A stretch of DNA of 64,000 bases from Epiperipatus broadwayi (Eukaryota > Animalia > Onychophora), in the NCBI GenBank assembly GCA_028023455.1, contig JAQFVV010000009.1:6138001-6202000 (forward strand), read 5' to 3'. The notes under the pieces were generated by a model. The model was not told the origin of the DNA. It ran no database searches and worked only from the letters and a program-made list of their open reading frames with translations. Shown here piece after piece: positions 1 to 12,479 of this stretch. The translations under genes were made by a program, and so were the position numbers. Positions within the stretch are counted from its first letter, which is position 1. Every line of letters begins with the position of its first letter.

Positions 1-1450
1 GACATTTCATCTAGTAATAAAGTATTTCTAGTAAATTAGATGTATGTAACACAGTTATTTTTCTAAATTTGTTGTATATGGAAATGGAACTTAAATTCAC
101 TGTGGATGTTACTAGAAAAAATTTTATTTTATGATGTTGAATTATATTCTAAAAACACAATGTCAAGATCATAAACTAATTGTTATGTTTTTTAGTGTTT
201 TGTATATTTTCATATTGAATCACGATTGTAAAGGCAGAATAGATGTGCTTGAGTTAGGATACAATGAAAAACTACAATGAGATAAGATGTTGAGATTTTT
301 TGTAAGGTAAAAGGTAACATTATAGATCTCAAATAAAGTGATTAAAGAATTAGTCCTGATAAATGTGAATATATTTGTGTTTACATATTTTCAAGAAATG
401 TGATGGTTTTACTTTTTTACAAATGACTAATAATGATAATAGATTATATTATAAGATTGTTTCTATTTTTTTATGATAATATACCTTTGAAAACTTTTTT
501 CTGTTTTATTTTAAGCTGCTGATTTGTGAAAAAATAGTATGTATTTTTAGTGAGGGTATTATATCAGACAAAAGCAAAGAAATCATTTCTTTCAAAATAT
601 ATTTATTGCAACTATACCAATCTTTAAATATTTCAAAATGAAAACAAACTTTTATATTTTAGGATATTCTGAGTTTTATAGGAAACTGCAGCAGTTGTTT
701 TGTTTTTTTTATAAGTAAAATGATTGAGCTTTTTATATGATAATGATTTTTTGAAAAATCTAAATTCTTTTTCACTTATAGTTAACATAACTTGGGAAAT
801 TATTTATGATTCTGTTTTAATATCTTGTCTGCTACCATTTTATCTTTCATCAAGCATTTTAAATTTGCAAGAGGTTATGTACATCTCTTAATTTTTGTTT
901 GTTATATCTTTTAAGAAAGATATATAATTAAGTATCTTGTGCTTAAATCTTGAGAAAGAAACTTGTATCATTTCAACATTTTCTTGTATTTTCACTTTTG
1001 CCAACTGTTGCCTTTATCTATCATTTATTTTCATCCTGAATTTTATAATATCTTTGACCTAAGATTTTTTTATAGTATTTCTATTGCTCTTTATAAAAAG
1101 AATTGCAATAATTTACACTGAAATCCATTTTTCAATTCTTTCTGCCATATCTTATAAGCCTTGCACTTTATCTTGAAATTTGAAACTAAAATGACAAGTG
1201 AAATTTTTGATTATTATTTCATATACCATTTTAGTAAATAATGTAAGAATTACACAAAACAATATTTGCACCTGTAATACTTCATTTGCATCATATTATT
1301 GAAATGGGAGAAATTGTTATATTAGAAATGCCTAGATTCATCCATTTTCATGATGCCAGAAATCTGCTGGTACAATAGGATGTTATATTTTCATTCTTAT
1401 AATATGGTATATTCATCTCCTTGAGAATTTTAACTTTATTATAATTTATG
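1..1450 (-). pseudogene. Highly decayed Penelope-like element RT remnant
   Basis: Minus-strand translation gives the PLE hallmark DKGN (1007-1018) followed by K.YKKM. NIHSEFKF...KNN..TYI near 40-110 resembles the PLE RT 'NxIHxxIKFTxExExNNxIxYLD'. Many stops and frameshifts. Confidence 0.5.
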
Positions 1451-2689
1451 TAAGATTTCTCATATTTATTAGCAATTGAACAAAAAAAAATTATTGACCA
1501 AAATGGATGAAATTTATTAAGATTTCTGTAAATGTGAAAAATTCATAAATTCTTTGGATTATAATTAAAATCATGGATTTATTTAATAATTTTATATTTA
1601 GAAAATCACAATTTTATCTTTTTTAACAGTCACTATAAGAAAAACAAATACATGGGCAAATATGATTTCTTTGTGATTTAATTATGAAATTTTATATATA
1701 TGTTTTCAAAATACATATGTCTTTTTTATAATTTTAAATTAAATCTTTTATAAGAATAATTTTCAAGTATTGGATGCATAATCTCAATATCTTAATTTTT
1801 TTTTAACCCAATCATGTTATATATTAGAAAATTTTTATTAAAAATAGACTAAAATAGCTTATATTTTATTTTATACTAATTTGCTTTTATCTAACTTGAA
1901 TGTTTACTTGTAATTCACATGACAAAAAAAAAAAAATATTTTGGGAAATTCAAATGCCTGTAATTCCAAAATAGCTTCAGATAAAATTTTATATTTATGG
2001 CTTCTTTTTTTTATTATTAAATATATGCAGTTTTATTTAAAAAATAAATAAAATAGTTGTATTATGTGATTATAGAATAATCCATTCATTTGACTAGCAT
2101 TAAAGTCTAATTGCTTTACCATGAAAAATCTTTACTTTTTAAAATCAAACAGTATTTTTACTTCTATTTATTCTGACTTTATTTTGCCATTACTGACTAT
2201 GCAATTTACAGAAATCAGTTGAAAGATTACAATTTAAAAGCAAATTGCCATTATGTAGCTTGTGAAGTATCTAGGAGTTTCTATTATAATTATGCTACAC
2301 TTTAATATAAATTTTATAAATCAGATTTTTGCTTTACTTAAATTCACATAATATAATTACAAAGCTTTGTTTTGAATAAATCATTTAATTATACATAATT
2401 TAGTTCTCATCTTTTACAAGGATATCTTTTGTTAGAAAAATATAAATATGAAAAACATAAACTACTGTATTGCGTACCTAGGATTCTTCACATCTGTTAT
2501 GTTTTATAGCTCTTATTTTTTTAAGTGCTAAGATAGGGTGAAAAAAAAAGATCACCCTTCCCCCCTGGAAGTTAAGATACTCTATTATTTTTAAATACAC
2601 CATTGCCTGATAGTGACAAAAGTTACTGTTAATCACCACCAAAACAAAAAGCTGAAAATAATTTTAAAATAATGTTTTCTCATTTGTTA

Positions 2690-4450
2690 AAGCTTTATAA
2701 TTTCCTAAATCATTATAAGATAATCTATCTATTTTGGTACTGATAAAATTAACGATACTGCAAAAATATGTATTTTTTAAGAATATTCTATTGATTTCAA
2801 AGATCAGCTACATTATGATACAAGGTAAATAAATATCTTATTTTAAAAAAATTTCAATTATATTTTGAATTAAAAGGTGCACTTGTGAAATGTGATTAAT
2901 TTAAAACTCATTTTATGTCAACTTTATACTTTATTAGTTTAATAATATTTAAAATTAACAGCTGACATTTTTGCATGTATAGACATGGAAAGAAGTTTGT
3001 TGCAAATTTTACAATTGCAAAAATATATTAGTACTCTCATGGCAATAAAATTAGTAAGAATAAACTGATTTGACATTCACTTTCTATAAGTTTAAAAGAA
3101 AACTAAGACTGACACTAAAATATAATTAAAAATAGCAAAATTTATTATGAAACCGTATTTGGTAATGTGTATATATATAACTATAAAATGTATTACTAGG
3201 TCATCTCATCCAGTTTAATGGTGCTTTACATGAGCAAACTTTTTTTTTGATAGTATTGGAGTATAATAAATAGTTTTGTTTTGAAATATATATCAAATGA
3301 GGTTGATTGACCAGGCAATAAATGAATATAACCAAATGATAACATTTTATCATAATTTGTGACAGTTTACCATTGCTTGCCTCTTAATTATTGACATAAA
3401 TTATAAGAGTCATTACATTGTTAAGATGTTATATAGCAGGGGTGTCCAACAAGTCGATTGTGATCTACCGGTTGATCACAAAGCCATTTTTGGTCGATCG
3501 CGAGGCCAATCTGGCAAGAACTGTTGGGTAACGAATGAAACAAATTAAATCAAGATTTTCAATTTTTTTTTTGTTTTTGTTCTAATTTTTTTTCAATTCT
3601 AGATAGGTGAAGTCCACTAAGTCGTATTATTATTGAAAATAATATTTTTAATCTTGATTTAATGTAGCTAATTTGAATTAATATTTTAATTCCTCCAGAC
3701 ATGAGTTTTTTGACCCTTTAAATAATTATTATTTTTTACTAGGTAGATATATAAAAATGGTATGTATTTCACACCTGCCTCCACTTAGACTAAGCCTATG
3801 TCAAGTCGATCGCCTATGACAACAAGTCGATCGCAAAACATTTTTAAAATAAAAAGTAGATCTTATGAACACAAAAGTTGACCACCCCTGTTATATAGCA
3901 ATAGAAATTGAAGGATTTTAATCTTGTAAACAACTAGACATAATTTTACCTGTTTTCATTGTTTACATCATAATAAACCCATGAAAATATTTAATTTAAC
4001 ATATGTATATATTGTAATGTTTAGAATTTGAGTCTGAAATGAAAGAAATTGGAAGATGTTACAAGTAAAAGTTAATCCATTATTTGTTCATTTACTATTG
4101 GTTTAGTTGAATTCCACAAGGTTTTTCCAGAATCTGAAAGCTAATTAAGACTGAATTTAAATCTGACTTTAAAATATACCCTTATGTTTTGGAGTAAACA
4201 TGATGAACTTTAGAAAATCATCATAATAATATTATTTTATCAAAACTGTATCGACAATAATAAATAATTACCTTATTCTTTTTTCTTTCTCTAGATCTTT
4301 CTTCATTTATTTTCTACCATTTTCTTTCAGTGACCATTAAAAATGCAGCAAATTATTTCCAGTATAAATCAAGAAGTCATAAGCCAGTATGTTACTGCTA
4401 TGTACCCTGGGGTGTACAATACCGACTGAGTTGCATGAAAATAAACAACA
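2690..4450 (+). pseudogene. Highly decayed Penelope-like element (RT to start of GIY-YIG)
   Basis: Degenerate PLE motifs in the expected order: KLYNFLNHYK (~2692, cf. LYGLPKIHK), FACIDMERSL (~2970, cf. SFDxESLF), VISSSLMVLYMS (~3200, cf. GSPISSxxAxxYM), IEIEG..LDI (~3900), GVQYRLSC (~4410, cf. GVVYxIxC). Interrupted by the MITE at 3437. Confidence 0.45.
3437..3890. mobile_element. hAT-type MITE (454 bp)
   Basis: TIRs CAGGGGTGTCCAAC / GTTGACCACCCCTG (12/14 match). Perfect 8-bp TSD TTATATAG at 3429-3436 and 3891-3898. Confidence 0.92.
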
Positions 4451-4557
4451 CAATTAAAATAAATGTGTTTTAATTTCTTATAAGTAAATATATATATATA
4501 TATGGGTAAGTGAACTAAACAATAATCTTTGAGGAGACAGTCTCTAATGTAAAACAT

Positions 4558-4869
4558 TGTTGGCAATGTATATATTACAAACACATTACTTGAAATAATT
4601 ATAAATCTGTATCTGATTAAGTGAACTTTTGCACACCTTACTTACTCCATCTGCCACTAATGTGAGTTCTACATATATAATTAATTTGCATAAAAGTATT
4701 TTAAGTTCAATCCATGTTAATTTCTTTAAATTTTTTTAGAGTGAATAATAGAATAATTATGTGAGTGTTGTGTGATAATTATTTTCCAATAAAACTTTAT
4801 TTACCTTAACAGTAACACATATACATATATCTCCACACCCTTTATGTTTATAACACTGTACACATTTCA
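4558..4869 (-). repeat. 3' LTR of Gypsy-like element
   Basis: Aligns by eye with 8025-8329. Preceded on the minus strand by the PPT-like AGAATGAGTGAAGGAGA. Confidence 0.7.
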
Positions 4870-4899
4870 TCTCCTTCACTCATTCTAGAAAATTAACTT

Positions 4900-5720
4900 T
4901 TATTTACAAAAATAAGCTTGCGATTTTTGAAGTTTCCATCACCCTTGATTAGGCCTTGTGAGGATAGATATCTTTCTTCTTGCTGCTCTGTAGGTCTCTC
5001 TTTATCTAGAAAAGACTGTTTGTGAAGGGGATATATCTACTTCTGGAAAATCTCTCTCTGATAAGTGATTTTCACTATTTAAAATTAGGTCCAACAGCTT
5101 TTGAACTATATCTATTTTCCTTCTTTTATTAAAGCAGTATCACTTAACTTTGAATTAATGCTAACACTTGGTTCTTTTAACAATTCAGGATAGCAAGCTC
5201 ACAAATGATTTATGGGTTTCCTCACTCTTCTGCCATTTATAGTTTGCACTTGTCTAATTGTCTTGAAACAATACTGGCAGTACCACTTTCTTGGCTAAAT
5301 TATTAGACTCTGGATGATATGGTGGTGTCAGTACATGATGAATTTCCCTGGAAAGTCTTTAAACAAATCTGATGTGAAACCATTTCCATTATTTGAAATA
5401 ATAATTTTGATTTATCTATAATACATAAAAATTTCATTTAAAACTTTCACGGTATTTTCTATACTCGTACTCTTAACACATTTGAATTCTGTATTTTTTG
5501 AATAAGCATCTATCAGTATCAGGAATATATTTCCATTAAATGGGCCAGCATAATCTGTATAGAGTCAAAGCTTATGGGTTTTAATCCAAGGCTCTAGCTT
5601 TTTTGGGTACAACATAACAGAAGACTGACAATCTTTACAATTATCAGTCTGTACAATCAAGTTATTCAAACTTTTGCTGCAGCTGTGTCTTTTACTGGCC
5701 TAGACTTCTTCCTGTGATTT
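4900..5720 (-). pseudogene. Retroviral-type integrase remnant
   Basis: NCKDCQ (Zn finger CxxC), DYAGPFNGNIFLILIDAYSK (~5490-5560), SNNGNGFTSD, HHVLTPPYHPESN (~5310-5345). Frameshifted. Confidence 0.85.
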
Positions 5721-5759
5721 GCATTACCATTGTAAATTATCTGTATTCTTTCTCTTTAT

Positions 5760-6050
5760 TCAAATTCCTAGCAGCCGAAACCAATTTCTTTCTAAAATTG
5801 GAGTGAGGTCTCTTTACACAATGTACTATGACAGTAATTTATTTTTCAACTTGAGAGGTAACATTATCTTCTTTATTATTTACATTTATATCCATGACTA
5901 TAACCTCTGTTTTTTTCATAGTGGGGCACTTTCTCACCTTATTTATTAAATTTGTCCAATCTTTTAGTGAAATTAGGGACAACTCTGCACTGCTGTCAAT
6001 TTCTGTATTGGGTTTTTTTGTCCAAGAATTCATATTTTTAAATAAATATG
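5760..6050 (-). pseudogene. Aspartic protease remnant of LTR element
   Basis: EIDSSAELSLIS (degenerate D[ST]G site) in ORF 5839..6033, and PILERNWFRLLGI (cf. LLGRDWL) near 5765-5800. Confidence 0.7.
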
Positions 6051-6163
6051 ATTATTATAAATATAGGGGATTTGAACTTAGACTTTTAAGTCACTTTAAT
6101 CTTCCACACTATCTCATACTACTGATACACATGACCACACACATGCAGAAAAGATAAATAATC

Positions 6164-6197
6164 ACCAATATACGTATTTCGTACTGAACCAGTTGGT
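6164..6197 (-). ncRNA. Defective minimal hammerhead (CUGAUGA half deleted), family A
   Basis: Minus strand reads ACCAA-CTG[del]GTTCAGTAC-GAAA-TACGTA-TA-TTGGT. Confidence 0.75.
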
Positions 6198-6860
6198 CCA
6201 GATTATGATCTCCTATACATATATACAATCAGTGCTTAGTTTATATTAAGAAAGAAAATTCTTATACTTCAATGGACAGGATTCAATCTACTCCAACTCT
6301 TCAGCCATCCATACCATTGAAAATCTGATGATAGAATTCTCAAATCCCATGCTGATGCCAATATTGTTACCTTGCCCATGTTGATCTCAGTCATTTCTGA
6401 CAATTCTCAAATCCCATGCTGATGTCAATATTGTTACCTTGCCCATGTTGATCTCAGTCATTCTGACCCCTCAGGTATAGGACAGTATCCATTTAAATAC
6501 ATAGAAGAGGGATGGGCAGAATGCAGGCTTAATATGGAAGATTTGAAATACCAGGCACTCTTATACCTGATCCAAATTCTCTATATTTACAATTGGGCTC
6601 CAGGTATAAGAGTGCCTGGTATTTCAAATCGTACATATTGAACCTGTATTCTTCCTATATCTCTAAAGGTCCTATATATGAGGAGTCAGAGTGACTTAAG
6701 ATCAATAATGGCATGATAACAATATTGGCATCAGCATGGAATTTGGGAATTCTATCATCAGATTTTTCAATGATATGGATGGCTGAAGAATTGGAAGTTG
6801 GAGTAGATTGAAGCCTGTCCATATACAGATTTGCTATATGTATGAGAGATGATAATCTGG

Positions 6861-6892
6861 ACCAACTGATGAGTGCTGGTTCGTATATTGGT
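6861..6892 (+). ncRNA. Defective minimal hammerhead (GAAA half deleted), family A
   Basis: ACCAA-CTGATGA-GTGCTGGTTC[del]GTATA-TTGGT. Confidence 0.75.
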
Positions 6893-7099
6893 GATTATTC
6901 ATCGTTTCTGCATGTGTGATCATGTGTATCAGTAGTATGAGATAGTGTGGAAGGTTGAAGTGGCTTGAAAGTCTCAGTTCAAATCCCCTATATTTACAAT
7001 TGGGCTCCAGGTATAAGAGTGCCTGGTATTTCAAATCTTCTATAGTTATTATTTACACTGTTTATTGTTTTTACTTTAATTTTACTCTTGATTCCTCCT

Positions 7100-8000
7100 T
7101 TTTGCAATTTGAATTCTGTTTGTAACTTTCTTTTTCTAATTTTATCTTTTGTGAGGCAATGCATTGTAAATGACATGTTTTTTCACATATGTAGAATTTA
7201 TATCTTAAATTTGCAGGCCTTCTTTAAATTATACTTCTGATCACAACAATAGCTTACAAAAGACTTCATAGGGCAATATAGGCTTTATTCACTATCATTT
7301 TGTATATTGCTAGGTTTCTATTATTTTGAAATTATGCAGCAGCATCCATGAATAAATTCTTTTGTTATACTTTTATTCATTTCTTACTTATATGTCAACA
7401 TTACTTCACTGAGAAGAATGTGCTATAACTTTTTGTCAGTTATCCCTCATAGCCATTGGCCAAGGAGTTTGTCATCCAAATCAATATTAAATTCACAGTG
7501 ATTCACTAATTCCCACAGTGCTATATTAAAATATTGATATTTCTCATTCAGTTTTTGTTTCCTTTTTCTAAAACATAGATGTGACACCCATTTAGATGTC
7601 ACTAGTTTGAAGTATGTACTTAACTTTTCCTTAAGCAAGGGTATGCTACTTCTTCTAGAGGCTTCAGTTCACAAAATCTTTTTCTATTTGCAGAGCATCT
7701 TTGTCCATCACCTACATTAGCATTCTACATTTAGATTATCATTCTCTATTTTATTAAAGAACATATTTTTCTATATGTTCCACCTACAAACTCCAATTTG
7801 CTGCATCACTAACAACAAATTTCATAACATTATTCTTGAATGCAATTATCGGAGTTTATTTAATCCATACACAATGTTGCAATTTTTTTAATTATAAAGG
7901 TGACAATGTTAATCAACAGTGACAAACTTATATTAATTACAGGTTCTTTTTTTGATTGCAGCCAACCTGCTATTGTTCGCACAGGTTCTTTTGTCGACTA
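7100..8000 (-). pseudogene. gag remnant of LTR element
   Basis: ORF 7447..7638 contains FRKRKQ...Y..AL.ELVNHCEF..LDDKL.GQW, typical of Gypsy gag. A degenerate Zn-knuckle-like ICEKTCHLQC lies near 7160-7195. Confidence 0.7.
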
Positions 8001-8024
8001 TGCTGATCTATTGTGTACTCCAGT

Positions 8025-8329
8025 TGTGGCGTAACAATAAACAAACAACACAAGCTAACTAAACATTAATCTTATGATTGGCAATAACTCTGCATCTGAT
8101 TAACTGAGCTTTTGTGCACTATACTTATTTCATATAATTAATTTGCATAAAAATATTTTAAGTTCAATCCATGCTAATTTCTTGTAAATTTTTCTAGAGT
8201 GAATGATAGACTAACTTTGTAAGTTTTGTGTGGTGATTATTTTCAATAGTAAAACTTTTTTTACATTAACAATATCATATATACACATATACCCACACAC
8301 CTATTATTTGTAACACTATGCAAATTTCA
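8025..8329 (-). repeat. 5' LTR of Gypsy-like element
   Basis: Direct repeat of 4558-4869. Followed on the minus strand by ACTGG (PBS-like start). Confidence 0.7.
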
Positions 8330-8677
8330 GTAAAATTTTAGATTAAGCTTAAACTTGCAAGACAATATTAATTTAATAACCATTGCATTTGTTAATCTTT
8401 CAATACATTCCATTCTAATTTACAAAAAAAAATCTATAAGTTTGTCAAATTATATTTTTACTAATAAAAATTTTGAATTCATAAGATATATAATTTATTT
8501 CAAAACACTTTATTTCAAATTGAACTAATTCTCAGTCTATCCTTCTTACAAATTATATTTCTCTGATTAATTCACTCTCAAAATGTATTCTATTAATTAA
8601 ATGTTATCCTCACAAATAAGTAAACCAATTACAACTTAATAAAAGCATTTCTATTCATTTATTAAATAATAATTATT

Positions 8678-9349
8678 GTTACAATTGTCAAACTCACTCC
8701 ACTCACAACTTTGACACCATCCACCTCAGATAAATACAATAATAATTATTACTAATCATTTTCTAAACTAGAGATTATCTCTAGCACAGATATAAACTTT
8801 AAATCTAAGATTAATATATCTGATTTTTTAATTTTAAATACACACACCCATGAGAATCATTTGTCTTTTATTGTATCTTTATTTATATGAATTTAAAAAG
8901 AATGGGGAAGTATGGAAGTTATTTAATATATCTATAAAGATATTACACGTGGGAAAGAAAAGATGAATAACTCCATGTGTCTGTATGCTTAAAATTAAAA
9001 AATCAGATATATTAATCTTTAATTGAGATTTAAAGTTTATATCTGTGCTAGAGATAATCTCTAGTTTAGAAAATGATTAGTAATAATCATTATTGTATTT
9101 ATCTGAGGTAGATAGTGTCAAAGTTGTGAGTGGAATGAGTTTGATAATGGTAAATAAAAATGTAATTATTTACTATAGATAAATACTCTTCATATAATAG
9201 AGATATATATAGGAGATAATGACCTGGGCCAACTGAGGAAAGTTGGTTCAGCACGAAATGCATCTTGAGGATCATTTGTCTTTTATTGTATCTTTATTTA
9301 TATAAATTTTAAAAAAATGGGGAAGTATGGAGATTGTTTAATATATCTT
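8678..9349. mobile_element. Family D hammerhead-bearing fold-back insertion
   Basis: Inverted arms ~8678-8850 and ~8975-9155. An 80-nt direct repeat at 8852 and 9267 gives a 415-nt period. Candidate 11-bp TSD TAATAATTATT (8667-8677, 9350-9360). Confidence 0.75.
9228..9269 (+). ncRNA. Degenerate minimal type-I hammerhead, family D
   Basis: GCCAA-CTGAGGA-AAGTTGGTTCAGCAC-GAAA-TGCA-TC-TTGAG. Palindromic stem III ATGCAT and AUC triplet; stems I and II partly mismatched. Confidence 0.65.
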
Positions 9350-12051
9350 TAATAATTATTTTGATTACCCTAAGGTAACATTAAGAATAGGCTGAAGATA
9401 TATCATATATATTCTTTTAATTATTAACATGTACACATTGTATACGCATACATTTTAAAATTTGGATAAAATATTTAGAAAATGAATTTTCTTTCTATCA
9501 ATACTTTATAAACTCTCTTAAGAAATTACTGAACCAATCTCATAATTCTTAGTTATATACATTCTTAATAATAATCAAATATTTAAGATCATCTTGAACT
9601 ATATATTATTCACACTATGTAACCAAATTTAAATATGCCACAGATGAAATACATCATAGATAGAATTAATTACTAAAATTGTTAAGAAGCAAATACAATC
9701 AGGTTATCAAACAACATCCATTAAATAAAACCAATTACATAAGAAATTTCTTGGTGATCTCCATTCAATACTCGAGCCATAATGTATAAAATAATAACAT
9801 CTTGAAAAAAGTTTTTTGTAGACATGTGTAACAGGGCTAAGTTAACTGCATATGGCAAAATATCAATAAGTGTTTATCCAAAGTATTATAACTTAAGCAC
9901 TTATTGACTTCAAATTATTATGAAAAGGTACAATAAACATAAACTAATTAAATGCACTGAGCCAGCTTTCAGTAAAACACTTCCAGAATCATAGTGCTGA
10001 GTAGAGTTATGCAATACATGTGTGCTTATATAATTGATATGTAATATTATACCTTTTCATAATAATTCAAAGACGAGTGTTTAAGAATTACATAGTTTTA
10101 TGAAAAGAGTTAATACTTTAGAGAACTAAGTATTATAACTTATAAATTTTCTATCCTATATCTCATTGTGGCTCATGATACAGGGCACATATCCAGAGTA
10201 AAAATGTAAATAAGTCCGCAGTAAATTATTTTCTAAATGCATATGAATTGACATGGTTGACATTAAATATATTTGGTAACTTCAAATTCTAATTGTTAAA
10301 TTATAATCAATATTCTTCTAAAATGTAAACTTATTCAATTCTGCAGTTCACCCCTTAAATCACTCTGTGAACATTTATTGCTGTTGTATCTCAACTGTTT
10401 ACAACATGATTAAGGCAGCATAAACCATTCCTATATTATCAAACCTTAAAAATAAATTCTCATTATTCTGCATTCTTTTTATCTCTTCAACTAGATTGCA
10501 TTTAAATATAATAGGATCATAAGCAGTTTCATATATTTCAAATATTTTTATAATTTCAAAAATTCATAACTTATAATCTTTATCTCATATCTAAATATTA
10601 ATAGTATTTATTTCCAAAAATATATAATTAGTAAATCAAATCTATATAATTGTACAACATGTATATAAGACACTTATTCATTGTACTAATACTAAGGAAA
10701 TTTTATTTCTGTAGTTAAAAACTATTTAATATAATATTTTACTTTTAATGAATTTATAATGTAAATCTTTTATTTTATCAAACCTATTTAATATAGCAAG
10801 TTTTTTTCATAAAACTCTTAAATTTTTTGAATAATGATTTTAAACTTTTTTATATTTTTCTTATTACCACATATTAAAGTAATATTATAATTCATTATAA
10901 GATTACTCCTTAAGATCCATAAATCTAATATATAAAAGAAAATATATTTTGCTTTTCAAACTAATACTGAAACATAGTAATTTTATATATGTCATTAATC
11001 TCAAATCTTTATACATGAATAATTTTATAGAAGTCAAAATTTAGTACATAAGTTGAATAATACTGACAGCATTCAAATTACCCCCCCCCCATTAGATGTT
11101 CCTATGTTTGAAATGTCCTGACTTAGTAACAATGCATAAAATATATAATATACATTATTTTATAAAATAAAAATTCATATAACATTATCTTCTTTTGAAA
11201 CATGATAAAATTAATGGATTTGTTTTAGGAAAAGATAATGTTTTTGATCTTATAAATAATGAAAACATATATCAATCAGCTGATAGAATAAAAAGTATTA
11301 ATGTGTTTGATGCTGAAGAAATTTGAATATTTTTCAGGATTTGCTACTATTATTATAGGATTCTATGTATTTTGTGGAAATGATGTCTTTTATAAAATTA
11401 AAGAGGATTGGATTATTGGTGAGTTATTTCTTCTTTAATGTGCTCTGTCTATATTGATTTTTTCGAGAGTAGTAGTATTAATAATTTTCCTGTTTCTTTA
11501 AAATTATTTGTTAGGTATGTTGATGATTGTTTGTTATACAGGAGGAGGATAAATTGAAGAATTTTTTGATGGATTTAATGCTTTTAATTCTAATATTAAA
11601 TTTATTATTGAGGAGGGGGTACATTTGAATGTGTAAAGTTAATTTTTTTAGATTTAAATGATGATAAAGTAGGTAATATTTTATTTTGTAATCATTTCAT
11701 TAAAGAAAAAAATTTAAGAAATATATGGTCAGATAGTTATCTACCTTTTATTCATAAGAGACTTTATTGAATTTTTGATATAGGAATGAATCAATTTTCT
11801 TTTGACTATATTGAGATAGACTATAATAATGAATTTATTAGGAATATTATATTTAAAAAATATCTATAGATCTGTTTGTAATAAAGATTTGTTTTAATGA
11901 GAATAAAGAGTTTTTTGTTTGCCATATAAGTCATCAATTAGTAAATTGATTTGCAAGAATATTTTTATTGGGTGATATGAAAATGGTTTGAAAGAAAAGT
12001 CTAAATTTAAATTCATTACTAAATGATTCAAAGCAATTAATTGATTGCTAG

Positions 12052-12372
12052 TCTATTCCTGGAGTAGTTTATAGGATTCCTTGCTGTTGTCATAAAATTT
12101 ACATAGGTCAGAGCAAATTAAGACTTAATGAAAGAGTTAAAGTTCATAAGAGTAGAGTTAAAAATAAATATAATAACTCAGCTTTATATATTCATGAACT
12201 GAAAACAGGTCATAAAATATTATATATTATATTTGACAATGCAGATGTTATCTTTTATGAAAAAAGTGAATTGAAAAGAAGAGTAAAAGAAACTTTGAAG
12301 ATAATGTATTTTGAACCTGAGGCCATCAATCTCATGAAGACATCCTTTGTTGTTAAAGAAGTTGAGTTTTGA
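12052..12372 (+). pseudogene. GIY-YIG endonuclease domain, uninterrupted 106-codon frame (no upstream ATG)
   Basis: SIPGVVYRIPCCCHKIYIGQSKLRLNERVKVHKSRVKNKYNNSALYIHELKTGHK...DNADVIFYEKSELKRRVKETL...EF*. Confidence 0.9.
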
Positions 12373-12429
12373 GATGAATGATAGGAAAGATATTTTGTTT
12401 GGTATTTATAAGTGGCATCTTTAGTTGAA

Positions 12430-12479
12430 TTTCACTTGAAAAGGTTTATTTGTTAATAGATGAAACCATGGTTGTGGAA
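12430..12479 (+). ncRNA. Minimal hammerhead, U3-A8 core variant, in PLE 3' pLTR
   Basis: TTTCAC-TTGAAAA-G-GTTTA(tttgttaa)TAGAT-GAAA-CCATGG-TT-GTGGAA. 6-bp stem I, 5-bp stem II with wobbles, palindromic stem III ACCATGGT. Confidence 0.7.

Larger units (their letters stand above)
6059..7045. mobile_element. Family A (A1) hammerhead-bearing non-coding fold-back insertion
   Basis: Left arm ~6059-6570 inverted relative to right arm ~6580-7045. 407-nt unit period (6581 vs 6988). Candidate 7-bp TSD TTATTAT (6052-6058, 7046-7052). 67-bp internal tandem duplication at 6335-6470. Inserted between gag and protease of the LTR element. Confidence 0.85.
4558..8329 (-). mobile_element. Decayed Gypsy/Ty3-type LTR retrotransposon (LTR-gag-PR-IN-LTR, RT/RNase H not seen)
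   Basis: Diverged direct repeats 4558-4869 and 8025-8329 with TG..CA ends. Purine tract abuts the left LTR and a TGG (PBS-like) start abuts the right LTR. gag, protease and integrase motifs lie between them in Gypsy order. No TSD recognised. Confidence 0.8.

Noticed and set aside
2783-4390. Apparent chain of plus-strand exons (e.g. DMERSLLQ.., EFESEMKEIG.., SFFIYFLP..)
   Set aside because: The same segments match PLE RT/thumb/GIY-YIG motifs in colinear order, so a decayed PLE is the simpler explanation.
6325-6345. CTGATGA on the strand opposite the family A HHR (also mirrored at ~6756, ~24346)
   Set aside because: No stem II/GAAA follows, so it is not a second ribozyme.
9690-10300. Possible CR1/L2-like RT fragment (QSGYQ..., FFVDMCNRA)
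   Set aside because: Motifs are too degenerate to support without an HMM search.
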